A stretch of 64,000 bases of DNA, taken from the sequence record PQ671645.1; one strand, 5' to 3'. The notes beneath the pieces are model-generated. The model did not search any database. It was not told where the DNA came from and saw nothing but the letters and a program-made list of their open reading frames with translations. Both the position numbers and the translations under genes were made by a program. Shown piece after piece: positions 46,303 to 55,429 of the stretch. This DNA comes from Escherichia phage DCP548. Numbering within the stretch: the stretch's first letter is position 1; the number at the start of each line of letters is the position of its first letter.

Positions 46303-46309
46303 TTGTAAA

Positions 46310-46537
46310 TTATTTTTTAATCAAATTGACATAAAACTCGGCGTCTTCCGGGTGCATGCCTTCACAGTATTCTTCAACCATGAACTTCTTAACAGCTTCA
46401 TAAGGACCACTCAGATTAAGCTCAGTTGTCCAGAACTTGGAATCTTGGACTGAATCGATACGAACTTCAGGGTGTCGGTTGCGAATAACTTCTTCGGTGT
46501 ATTCATAATCAACGACATCAATACTAACTTTAGCCAT
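46310..46537 (-). CDS. Hypothetical protein
   Basis: 75 aa ORF. Confidence 0.35.
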   Translation of the reverse strand: MAKVSIDVVDYEYTEEVIRNRHPEVRIDSVQDSKFWTTELNLSGPYEAVKKFMVEEYCEGMHPEDAEFYVNLIKK

Positions 46538-46583
46538 TTTGTTTTCCTCTTGATTTGATAGGACTACTATAACATAAACTTAC

Positions 46584-46811
46584 TTAGATGTAAATTATTT
46601 CAACGTCACCTTTAGCTGCTTTATAACCTTCAGCCCAAGATACAACAGAGTTTTTATCTGAGGATTCAAATTCAGGCATTGGACTTTCACCAATATTCAC
46701 ACAGTATGTTTCTTCATTTTCATCGAACCAAATAATTAAAGTAGTCATTTTGTTTACTCCTCTGTAGTTGATAAGTCTATAGTAACACCGTCCTTGGCGT
46801 TTGTACATCAT
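46584..46811 (-). CDS. Hypothetical protein
   Basis: 75 aa ORF. Confidence 0.35.
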   Translation of the reverse strand: MMYKRQGRCYYRLINYRGVNKMTTLIIWFDENEETYCVNIGESPMPEFESSDKNSVVSWAEGYKAAKGDVEIIYI

Positions 46812-47311
46812 TTATTTTTAATTTTGCAAATTTTTTCTGCTTCAGCAATTGCAGCGTCAATGATGCTTTGTGCAATTTTATTACTAGTTGACCTGGCAAT
46901 CACACTAAGAACAATTTCTTTTTCTTCACCACCCCAACCCCAAGTCCTTTGTTCGTGGGTACCTTTAACTACAGCTGAAACTTCAACAGAACGTCCACCA
47001 TCAGAAGTTTTAACATCTACAACCCAATCACCATCTTTCTCTTCTACCCTTGATTTATCCCAAGAAATACTAATATATGATTCACTGTCAATAGAAGTCG
47101 CCGGGTTTTTCTCTACCGTAAGACCTTCACTTTCCAGCCATTCAATAGTATTTGCGCATAAATCAGAAGAACACCTCATCGGAAACCGGCAAGATTTTTC
47201 ACCTTTAGATGCTGCATCGTACATCTTTTCTAAAATACGCTTTTGCACGTTTTTAAAAATAGTTTCAGCGGATTCTTCGGATTTTTTATTCAGTTCAGTA
47301 TAAAGACTCAT
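46808..47311 (-). CDS. Hypothetical protein
   Basis: 167 aa ORF. Confidence 0.4.
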   Translation of the reverse strand: MSLYTELNKKSEESAETIFKNVQKRILEKMYDAASKGEKSCRFPMRCSSDLCANTIEWLESEGLTVEKNPATSIDSESYISISWDKSRVEEKDGDWVVDVKTSDGGRSVEVSAVVKGTHEQRTWGWGGEEKEIVLSVIARSTSNKIAQSIIDAAIAEAEKICKIKNK

Positions 47312-47401
47312 AACATTTTCCTCTGTGGTTGATAAGTCTATAGTATCATGTTCTTAGAAGAAGTAAACATCTTTATGAAATATTTTTATGCCCTAGATAC
47401 C

Positions 47402-47428
47402 AAAAAGCCCCAACCGTAAGGAAGGGGC
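47402..47428 (-). terminator. Rho-independent terminator (GCCCC/GGGGC stem plus U-run)
   Basis: Second copy of the 31641 hairpin family. Confidence 0.6.
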
Positions 47429-47434
47429 ATTCTA

Positions 47435-47899
47435 TTATTTAATTTGTTTAGCAGACCAGATACGGTCTTTAATAAGTTTTTGGATATCTTCAACATACTC
47501 AAGGCTATGAGCGTGAGGATTATCTTTGAAGCTATGTGCTCGGGCCAGTTTCTGGCCTTCTGTTTTGATTACTAAAAGCTCTTTAAGAATTGCTTCATAC
47601 TTAGAAATAATTCCTTTGGCGATATTTTTTTCTTGAGCGGCTTTAGGGTCCGCTTTTGGCGCAGGTGCTTTACCTGTAGCTTTCTGGAACAATTCACCTG
47701 ATGCAGCTAGGCTTTTAAAAACTCGGCTAACAGTATTAGCATTAGTAAAACCTTCGGCTTTAAAATCTCTAATAAAACGGAAACGTTCTTCATCAGAGGC
47801 GTCTTTGTAAGAATATTTACCTGCTTGAATTGCTGCAATCGCAGCGGCTTTTACATCTGAACTAGATTGTTCAGTCAAAAATTCAGCGTATGATTTCAT
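47435..47899 (-). CDS. Capsid-targeted protein (CTS-bearing; candidate injected effector)
   Basis: N-terminal MKSYAEFLTEQ; 154 aa. Confidence 0.5.
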   Translation of the reverse strand: MKSYAEFLTEQSSSDVKAAAIAAIQAGKYSYKDASDEERFRFIRDFKAEGFTNANTVSRVFKSLAASGELFQKATGKAPAPKADPKAAQEKNIAKGIISKYEAILKELLVIKTEGQKLARAHSFKDNPHAHSLEYVEDIQKLIKDRIWSAKQIK

Positions 47900-47943
47900 G
47901 TTGCTTTTCCTAAGTTAATTAACTTATCTATTTATTATTATGC

Positions 47944-47972
47944 AAAAAAAGCCCCAACCTTTCGGAAGGGGC
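47944..47972 (-). terminator. Rho-independent terminator (GCCCC/GGGGC stem plus U-run)
   Basis: Third copy of the hairpin family; closes the structured RNA region at 47973-48284. Confidence 0.6.
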
Positions 47973-48284
47973 TATGCCTTGCGGCAACCTTGTCGGGGTT
48001 CCACCTGCTAAGGCAAGTGTTTGTACGAAACGCCGGGATTCGAACCCGGTTATTAAGCAGTTGACGCTACTCAATATTTTTAAAAGGCCATATCTCGACC
48101 ATATCCGAACGTTCCGTCAAAAACGCTACTCGGCTTACGGCAAAGATATTTCCTCGAATCGATAATTCTGTGCGCCGTTTCTGCTGTGATGTAAGGGGAT
48201 ATTAACAAATCGTAAAGATTTATTAAGACCAGTCCTTACGCAGGGAACATCAGTCCGACGACTTACCGGTAGCGACCCGGCTTC

Positions 48285-48677
48285 TTATTTTGGCATATCA
48301 TCAATTTGCTCTCGACGCCGACGCCATAGATTAATCGCTTCATAAACACATTCTGCGTTTGGTATATGACGGCAATAATATAATGATTCGCGTTTCTGGA
48401 ACCGATGTTGTAATGGAATTTCGTTTAAAAGGTCTTTACGATCAAAGTATTCAAAACTAGTTAACCCAGAACGATTTTTAAGGAACTTCCAATGGCCAAA
48501 TTCATTTTGGAAATAAACGTAATCAGCGTGTTGATATAACGAATTAATCAACCGGTCGGAAATAACTGTATCCTGTTCATTAAAATAAAACGTTAAATCA
48601 TGAACTACCAGATAAATATTACCTTTCATATTTTCCTCACTTAAAGTTGGTCGAGACAGAAGGATTCTAACCTTCAC
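48285..48677 (-). CDS. Hypothetical protein
   Basis: 130 aa; the likely true start is the internal Met (MKGNIYLVV...). Confidence 0.35.
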   Translation of the reverse strand: MKVRILLSRPTLSEENMKGNIYLVVHDLTFYFNEQDTVISDRLINSLYQHADYVYFQNEFGHWKFLKNRSGLTSFEYFDRKDLLNEIPLQHRFQKRESLYYCRHIPNAECVYEAINLWRRRREQIDDMPK

Positions 48678-48708
48678 CTTTAACCTTAGAATGATTATAT
48701 GCTATCCA

Positions 48709-49377
48709 TTACACTATAGAAGCAATTAAATTGTTTACTTTATCATCTTTATAAACTTCAGAATAGTGGAGTTCATAAATTTCCCAGCCCAGGGATTTTA
48801 TAATATCATGTCTTTCCTGATAATATGGGGCCAGAATTTTCTTGTTATGATCGGAGTAATGTTGGTTACCGTTAACTTCAATAATTATTTTCTTATCCAT
48901 CAAAGCAATGTCACAGGAATATGCTCTATTTTTAACAGGTTGATATTCCTCAACAAATTGTATATTTGCTTCTATTAATTTATTTTTCAAAAATTCGCAC
49001 GGAACAGATTTGAATTTTGAATTCTTTTTCCAAGGGTGTTTATCTGGATTTTCCTTTAACCAGGTCTTCCGGGCTGCTGATATCTTTTGTTTGGATTCAG
49101 ACGAATGCTTTCGTCCTGTGCCTGCAGCAGACAATTTTTCTCTTGTTTCTTCAGAAACAACTAAAGAAATGCCCTTCTTTTTGGCAACCATGAATTGATT
49201 TAAATTACCAGATTCTTTGCGTGCTTTATTCATAGCAGCGACTGCATTTTTAGAACCCTCTTTATAAGAGGCGAGTTTTGGATTTTCAGAACACCATCTG
49301 GTATGACTTGCCATCCATCCCTTTGGTTTATCAGAAATATCAAATTCTTTATTGCAGTGTTTGCAGATGCTCATCAA
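48709..49377 (-). CDS. Putative free-standing homing-type endonuclease (zinc finger, NUMOD3-like repeats, Vsr/DUF559-like PD-(D/E)xK domain)
   Basis: N-terminal CKHC...HTRWC; repeats SEETREKLSAAGTGRK and SESKQKISAARK; C-terminal IIIEVNGNQHY. Confidence 0.45.
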   Translation of the reverse strand: MMSICKHCNKEFDISDKPKGWMASHTRWCSENPKLASYKEGSKNAVAAMNKARKESGNLNQFMVAKKKGISLVVSEETREKLSAAGTGRKHSSESKQKISAARKTWLKENPDKHPWKKNSKFKSVPCEFLKNKLIEANIQFVEEYQPVKNRAYSCDIALMDKKIIIEVNGNQHYSDHNKKILAPYYQERHDIIKSLGWEIYELHYSEVYKDDKVNNLIASIV

Positions 49378-49433
49378 AATACTCCTATTATATTATAAGA
49401 GTATTTATAATTGAATAGAGCACCGTTCTAAGT

Positions 49434-49508
49434 TGGTGACCCTGGCTGGTTTCGATCCAGCTACCTATCAGTTATGAGCTGACAGCTCTCCCATTGAGCT
49501 ACAGGGCC
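49434..49508 (-). tRNA. tRNA with anticodon CAU (Met, or Ile if lysidine-modified), CCA encoded
   Basis: Hand-folded cloverleaf: acceptor GGCCCTG/CAGGGTC, D-stem GCTC/GAGC, anticodon stem GTCAG/CTGAT with loop CTCATAA, T-stem GCTGG/CCAGC, 3' ACCA. T-loop ATCGAAA is atypical. Confidence 0.7.
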
Positions 49509-49587
49509 TAAATAACTTTCTATTATGAAAGGCACTTTAGAGCACCTTTGGTAATAGAGGGTATGAATTAATAATAACACATAATTC

Positions 49588-50103
49588 TTAAAGCAAATCA
49601 ATCATTTTAACAGTTGGCAAAACGATTTCTTCTTCAATATAAGCAAATTCAACACGTTCAACTACACGCAAGAAATCATAATCATAATATTCAGAAGCAT
49701 GGCCGAGAATATCAATAAGGCCTTGGGATACCTCATCACCTTTCACAAAGAACAGGTCGAATACGCGGGCTTCGTCTTCTTCGGATTTATTACCGAGGTC
49801 GACTTCAATATCAAAGACCTTTTTAATGAATTCTGGATAAAGCTGGTCTGAGAACAGCCCTTCAACCAAGTATTCATAGATTAAAAGCGAGCAATCACTG
49901 AATGGTGTATTACCACAATAACGTTCGGCTTTGGTGCTAGAATGACGGCTCTTAAATTTCTTCAAGAGATATTTAAACTGTTGGAGCTCATGCTCTTCCA
50001 CTTCAAACAATGTTTTGGTTTTATAGTTGTCACCATCATTTTCATAGGTAGTGACATCAATTACGTAGCCCTTAGGAATTGTACTGCCTAAACGAATATT
50101 CAT
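49588..50103 (-). CDS. Hypothetical acidic protein
   Basis: 171 aa ORF. Confidence 0.4.
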   Translation of the reverse strand: MNIRLGSTIPKGYVIDVTTYENDGDNYKTKTLFEVEEHELQQFKYLLKKFKSRHSSTKAERYCGNTPFSDCSLLIYEYLVEGLFSDQLYPEFIKKVFDIEVDLGNKSEEDEARVFDLFFVKGDEVSQGLIDILGHASEYYDYDFLRVVERVEFAYIEEEIVLPTVKMIDLL

Positions 50104-50107
50104 TTAC

Positions 50108-50398
50108 TCACCGTACCATATTAATGTAGTTATATTCAATGCAACGTAATTTCAAAGGGTTCTTGAAAATATCATATTCAAGAGGACCTTTTTCTGTTTC
50201 AATAAAGAAATCAAAGTTCACACTATTAAATTTGCGGTCTTCCCAAAGTAATTTAACCTGTGAAGATGAACGGTCGACGTAAACCTTTTCAACTTCAAAG
50301 TGGGTCAAAATACCATAGTAATCGACTAGTGCTTTAGCTGCAGCTCGGTCGCTTTCATATCCATTCTCAACGGATTTTACCTTAGCATAAAGAATCAT
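50108..50398 (-). CDS. Hypothetical protein
   Basis: 96 aa ORF. Confidence 0.35.
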   Translation of the reverse strand: MILYAKVKSVENGYESDRAAAKALVDYYGILTHFEVEKVYVDRSSSQVKLLWEDRKFNSVNFDFFIETEKGPLEYDIFKNPLKLRCIEYNYINMVR

Positions 50399-50775
50399 GA
50401 ATGTTCCACCATTTCAAAGGTATGAGCATCAACAATATGATACCAGTCAAAATTTTCTTCTGCGTTTTTATAAATTTCGCGAAGAGCCTCAACAGTTTTT
50501 CCTGTAGCAACAAGGTCGTCAATACCACCAAGAGGATAACAGTCATAACCAGCAAACAGAAGGAAATTAATAGTTTCTGTAGGTTCTGGATGCAGAACTC
50601 CGTTATCGTCTACCACTTCAAAGAAAGTGTAAGAAGGAGTACAAGTTTTAATCCAGGCCCATGCTTGAGCTGCTGAATCAAATGGCCTGCGTATCAAACG
50701 ACAATCAGGGTCTTTAGAAGGATTTGCTTCAAAATCAGCATATACGTGATATTTCATTTTACTCACCTTTTGCAA
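50395..50775 (-). CDS. Hypothetical protein
   Basis: 126 aa ORF. Confidence 0.4.
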   Translation of the reverse strand: MQKVSKMKYHVYADFEANPSKDPDCRLIRRPFDSAAQAWAWIKTCTPSYTFFEVVDDNGVLHPEPTETINFLLFAGYDCYPLGGIDDLVATGKTVEALREIYKNAEENFDWYHIVDAHTFEMVEHS

Positions 50776-50956
50776 TTTTATCCATAACGATAGCGATTAA
50801 GCCGATTAGAAATGCTACTACCAATGAGATAGAGTTTTCAGTTGTTGTCAGTAGTCCACAAATGAATCCTACAAACATCGAAAAACTAAAAGCCATTGAA
50901 GCAATTACTACAGCAACATTACGAATCAGTTCAGCGCGTTTCATTTTATTCTCCAT
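50759..50956 (-). CDS. Small membrane protein
   Basis: 65 aa, two hydrophobic helices. Confidence 0.4.
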   Translation of the reverse strand: MENKMKRAELIRNVAVVIASMAFSFSMFVGFICGLLTTTENSISLVVAFLIGLIAIVMDKIAKGE

Positions 50957-51012
50957 TTACTCATTTGTTTTGATAGGACTACTATAACATAGTCCTATCA
51001 TCATGTAAACTA

Positions 51013-51276
51013 TTAAATACCAGCTTCGCGTTTAACATAATCGACGTAAGCTTGGATAGCTTTCTTGCTGGTAATTTTTACCTGACCACGACCATTGCCT
51101 TCTTTAGAGTTTTTCTTAACAACTACATTACCATCTTTAACACCCCATACATGGACGTAAGTACCGATGTTTCGGTCGTAGAACATTGCATGGTCGTTGT
51201 TGTAAGAGAATGATTCGTAGTTCTCTGTCAGAGTAGAAGATTGAGATTCGGCGATAAATTCTTTATAGGTTTTCAT
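51013..51276 (-). CDS. ipI: Capsid internal protein (ipI position, CTS-bearing)
   Basis: N-terminal MKTYKEFIAES; directly upstream of 57B as ipI is in T4. Confidence 0.55.
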   Translation of the reverse strand: MKTYKEFIAESQSSTLTENYESFSYNNDHAMFYDRNIGTYVHVWGVKDGNVVVKKNSKEGNGRGQVKITSKKAIQAYVDYVKREAGI

Positions 51277-51353
51277 TTTATTTCCTTGAGGCTGTTTATT
51301 TGATAGGATGATAGTAACACACCATCATCCTTATGTAAACTGTTTTGTGAAAA

Positions 51354-52039
<686 letters not shown>

Positions 52040-52043
52040 TTTA

Positions 52044-52778
52044 TTACCTTAAGATTGTTTCAATTTTAGAATAAAGCTCTTCTAAAGAGCCGTCGTTTGT
52101 AATAACTAAATCGCCTTCTTCAATAGGCAACCCAGCTTCTGTAATATGTTTATCAACGGATTCCGTACCAGAGCGAACCACATGAATAACTGTAGCACCC
52201 ATCGCTCTAGCGGTTTCCATTTCATGGACTTGGCGTGTATCGGTTACAACATAGTAATCGAAATCACTTCCAATATAATCCATATAGTTTAATGCAAAAA
52301 GTTTAACCCAATACATACGGTCAAATAAATTAACGACAACATCCGTACCGAGGGCTTGCATAAGACGGCGGATTGACCATGTGTCGTTGATATTATTTAT
52401 AGCTTCACGCAGGGCTTCGTATGGTTTAATATCTAGATATGAATATCCACCTTCTAACGATGATAATACTTTAACATTATTAATTGGTAAATATTGACTT
52501 TGTAAATAAATTAGCGCTTCTTCCAATAATTCAATAACATCCAACTTATTGAGATTTAATGGCGTTTCACGGTCGTATCCAATGCCTTCAAAGTATTCGT
52601 ATTTCAACTCTGTGAATACATCAGGATTTTCAGCATGCCTACGTCCCCAGGCTATTGCTAGAGCGTCTTTAATTGGATATGCTAATTGGTATTTTACGGA
52701 TTTAAAGTTTGAATTGATGTAATCAGCAGTAGTGTCTTTACCACTACGTTTGATGCCACTTAAAAAGATTAGCTCCAT
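52044..52778 (-). CDS. 1: Deoxynucleoside monophosphate kinase
   Basis: 244 aa; P-loop GIKRSGKDT and RLMQALGTD; T4 gp1-like. Confidence 0.93.
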   Translation of the reverse strand: MELIFLSGIKRSGKDTTADYINSNFKSVKYQLAYPIKDALAIAWGRRHAENPDVFTELKYEYFEGIGYDRETPLNLNKLDVIELLEEALIYLQSQYLPINNVKVLSSLEGGYSYLDIKPYEALREAINNINDTWSIRRLMQALGTDVVVNLFDRMYWVKLFALNYMDYIGSDFDYYVVTDTRQVHEMETARAMGATVIHVVRSGTESVDKHITEAGLPIEEGDLVITNDGSLEELYSKIETILR

Positions 52779-52831
52779 AGGTTTTCCTCATATAATTTAT
52801 GAGTGATTATAACATACGGAGCTAGAAGCGA

Positions 52832-53422
52832 TTAACGCAAGGAAGGGTGTCTAGAAATGGATTTAGATTCGACCGCTTGACGTGGTTGTTGAGATACAAT
52901 GACTTCACCATCCTTTTCTATCGTCATATACGCGTAGTGAATAGTTGCTACGCACGTAACGGCAGGGTCAGAGTCTTCGGTGTAACTAAATTCGATTTCA
53001 CTCAAATCAGAAATCCATGGTTTATAGAAATTCGCCGTCAAAACTACTTCTGTCTTATTGTTGTTTAAAATGTGCAAAGTAACAAACTCAGGACCATCGG
53101 AGTGGGCCGTATTATGTCCGGTTATATAGTTATTAGTGCTGAGCATCCATTTATACATGTTCATCCAGGACGTCATGTCTTCATCAACTATAAATCGTAC
53201 AACAAAAGGGTCGTATTCAAATGTGGTGCCTGCACGCATTGCACGTCCTAACCCCATTGTGCCTGTCACAGTTTCAACAACAGGAATTCTCACACCTGGC
53301 AATGGAGCCGTTTGGGCATTGAGCACAAAACCTGACGTTCGTGTACTATCCGGGATATCCACAACAAAGTTTGTTATATTTGTTTGGTTAAAAATCTGTC
53401 TCGCTGGACGAGTCATAAGCAC
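52832..53422 (-). CDS. 3: Tail completion / sheath stabilizer protein
   Basis: 196 aa at the gene 3 position between 1 and 2. Confidence 0.75.
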   Translation of the reverse strand: MLMTRPARQIFNQTNITNFVVDIPDSTRTSGFVLNAQTAPLPGVRIPVVETVTGTMGLGRAMRAGTTFEYDPFVVRFIVDEDMTSWMNMYKWMLSTNNYITGHNTAHSDGPEFVTLHILNNNKTEVVLTANFYKPWISDLSEIEFSYTEDSDPAVTCVATIHYAYMTIEKDGEVIVSQQPRQAVESKSISRHPSLR

Positions 53423-53518
53423 CTCAAAAACGCTTTAATAAAAATGCAGTATAATGGTTTTAGGTCTCTTCCATTAATCTGGTTCAACAGAATATCAGAA
53501 GAACGGAAGAGAATAGAA

Positions 53519-54340
53519 TTAAGATTTCCAAACAGTATTCGCAGAGAAACGTTTTCCTTTTGACATAAACTGCTGAGTAGGTAACATGATTATGTTAGCC
53601 CAGTCTTTAGGAGCTATTTCTGTTATTGTTCCTCTAATGTGGCCTGGCAGGTATGCTTTAATCATTTTGTCAGCACCTTGAAATCCTTTCACCTTGCTCC
53701 AGTCTATCTTCAACTTTGTGTTATTAGTAATAGTAGTTGTGCTAGCATATTGCTTCAGCAATTCTTCAAGAAACTGTTGACGTGCTTTAGGTGGGATATA
53801 GTGCAAGTTTAACCCATACATCAAATTATGTTTACCTAATCCTAAATAAATAATCAAAGGATATCTGTCCCAGTATGGCAGAGTATCCTTATGTTTAGCA
53901 TCATACACGTAAGTATAAATTTTGCCTGGCGTAGGCTTGACTACTTTATGACCTTTTACACTTTTCTTAATTGTTTCAACAAACCACTTAGATGATTTGT
54001 TGTTTACTGCTGCGCCTTCATTTCTAATCTTTTCTCGTATTGAACTGCGAAACGAGTTTATCATCAGAAGTTGACGTTCTTGCTTATTGAGTTTATTTTT
54101 AGGTTTAGATTCAAGCGTTTCAATTTTCTGTGCAGTCTTAATAGATGATGCATATCTAGACATTGCAGATGTAAACGACGAGTATTTTATTCCTTTTGAT
54201 TCTGCAAATGCTTTTGCAGTGATTCCTTTCTCTTTAGCTTTCTTGTATTCTAATCCTATCTCAATCCATTTTCTTTCATTCATAGACTGAGCAATCTTAG
54301 GGGCTTGTACGCCTTCAGATATAATTTGGAATATGCTCAT
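53519..54340 (-). CDS. 2: DNA end protector protein
   Basis: 273 aa at the gene 2 position (T4 gp2 is about 274 aa). Confidence 0.8.
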   Translation of the reverse strand: MSIFQIISEGVQAPKIAQSMNERKWIEIGLEYKKAKEKGITAKAFAESKGIKYSSFTSAMSRYASSIKTAQKIETLESKPKNKLNKQERQLLMINSFRSSIREKIRNEGAAVNNKSSKWFVETIKKSVKGHKVVKPTPGKIYTYVYDAKHKDTLPYWDRYPLIIYLGLGKHNLMYGLNLHYIPPKARQQFLEELLKQYASTTTITNNTKLKIDWSKVKGFQGADKMIKAYLPGHIRGTITEIAPKDWANIIMLPTQQFMSKGKRFSANTVWKS

Positions 54341-54342
54341 AA

Positions 54343-54792
54343 TTACCCCTTGTATCCGAGTTTCCTAAGTCCGTCTTCGGTTAGAACTCGAAATTTTATA
54401 TTTCTCTTTTCAGCAACAGCTGAGGCAGCTTTCCATTTATCACAGTTCACAGACCACGTGTAGATTTCATTCATATAACGTTTCTTAGCCGCAGTTGTAA
54501 GATTCGCCGGTTTAATAGGTGGCTGAGTTTCTTTCTTTGGTTTTATTTCTACAAAGAACTCTTGACCTGATGCATCTTTCATCCATATGTCCATATAGTA
54601 TCGACGTTTCTTACCTTCAGCATTACAAAAATATGGAATTACTGCTGTTTCACTACCCCATGCAATAATTTCTGGATTTTTATCTAACCATTCGAAAAAG
54701 AATTTTTCCCAGTTTGAACGATACGTTATTTTGGTATGGTCTCCACGGTATTTTTTTAAATTTTTTGGGACCCATTTACCAGAGTAGGCCAT
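54343..54792 (-). CDS. 4: Head completion protein
   Basis: Start at [11 protein letters not shown] as in T4 gp4; the track start is an upstream extension. Confidence 0.9.
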   Translation of the reverse strand: MAYSGKWVPKNLKKYRGDHTKITYRSNWEKFFFEWLDKNPEIIAWGSETAVIPYFCNAEGKKRRYYMDIWMKDASGQEFFVEIKPKKETQPPIKPANLTTAAKKRYMNEIYTWSVNCDKWKAASAVAEKRNIKFRVLTEDGLRKLGYKG

Positions 54793-54803
54793 GTTGTCCT
54801 CCT

Positions 54804-54811
54804 TATAAATA
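54804..54811 (+). promoter_or_regulatory. Late promoter TATAAATA for gene 53
   Basis: Exact T4 late promoter consensus about 43 nt upstream of the gene 53 start. Confidence 0.6.
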
Positions 54812-54818
54812 GTATTAT

Positions 54819-54826
54819 TATTTATA
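54819..54826 (-). promoter_or_regulatory. Late promoter TATAAATA (minus strand) for gene 4; divergent from the gene 53 promoter
   Basis: Plus-strand tatttata is the reverse complement of the consensus, about 28 nt upstream of the gene 4 start. Confidence 0.5.
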
Positions 54827-54853
54827 CCAATTTCATATTGGAAGGAGACTATC

Positions 54854-55429
54854 TTGTTATTTACATTCTTCGACCCAATAGGATATAGTGCTAAAACAGT
54901 TAATAAGAACGCACCTACTATTCCTATGACAGACATATTTCGTAACTATAAAGAGTACTTTAAGCGTGTTGCTGCCAATTATAGATTACGTTCTTATTAT
55001 ATTAAAGGCTCTCCGCGTCCTGAAGAACTAGCAAATATAATTTATGGCAACCCTCAATTATACTGGGTCCTTTTGATGTGTAATGACAACTATGATCCGT
55101 ATTATGGTTGGATTACATCTCAGGAAGCAGCGTATCAAGCTTCTATTCAGAAATATGCTAATGCTGGCGGTGACCAAATTCTTTATCATATTAACGAGAA
55201 CCGTGAGAAATTTTACAATTTGGTTTCATATCCGGACGAGCCTTTAGTGTGGTACGATAAAGGTGATGAAGCTCGTAAGTATCCGCAATATAAAGGACCT
55301 TTAGCTGCAGTAGATACTTATGAAGCGGCAGTATTAGATAATGAAAAACTTCGTAAAATAAAAATTGTTGCAAAAGAAGATATAAACTCGTTTATCACAG
55401 ATTTGATTCGTGAGATGGAGATTGCATAA
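54854..55429 (+). CDS. 53: Baseplate wedge protein
   Basis: 191 aa; T4 gp53-like (MLFTFFDP...YYIKGSPRPEELAN). Apparent TTG start with GGAGG SD. Confidence 0.9.
   Translation: MLFTFFDPIGYSAKTVNKNAPTIPMTDIFRNYKEYFKRVAANYRLRSYYIKGSPRPEELANIIYGNPQLYWVLLMCNDNYDPYYGWITSQEAAYQASIQKYANAGGDQILYHINENREKFYNLVSYPDEPLVWYDKGDEARKYPQYKGPLAAVDTYEAAVLDNEKLRKIKIVAKEDINSFITDLIREMEIA

Noticed and set aside
46794-47303. 169-aa plus-strand ORF mirroring 46808-47311
   Set aside because: Almost exactly antisense to the 167-aa minus-strand ORF, which fits the operon orientation.
48021-48110. Attempted tRNA fold around the T-arm at 48031-48050
   Set aside because: The acceptor stem pairs only 6 of 7 with one A-C mismatch, and no D-arm or anticodon arm can be formed; kept as a finding for a structured RNA but not called as a tRNA gene.
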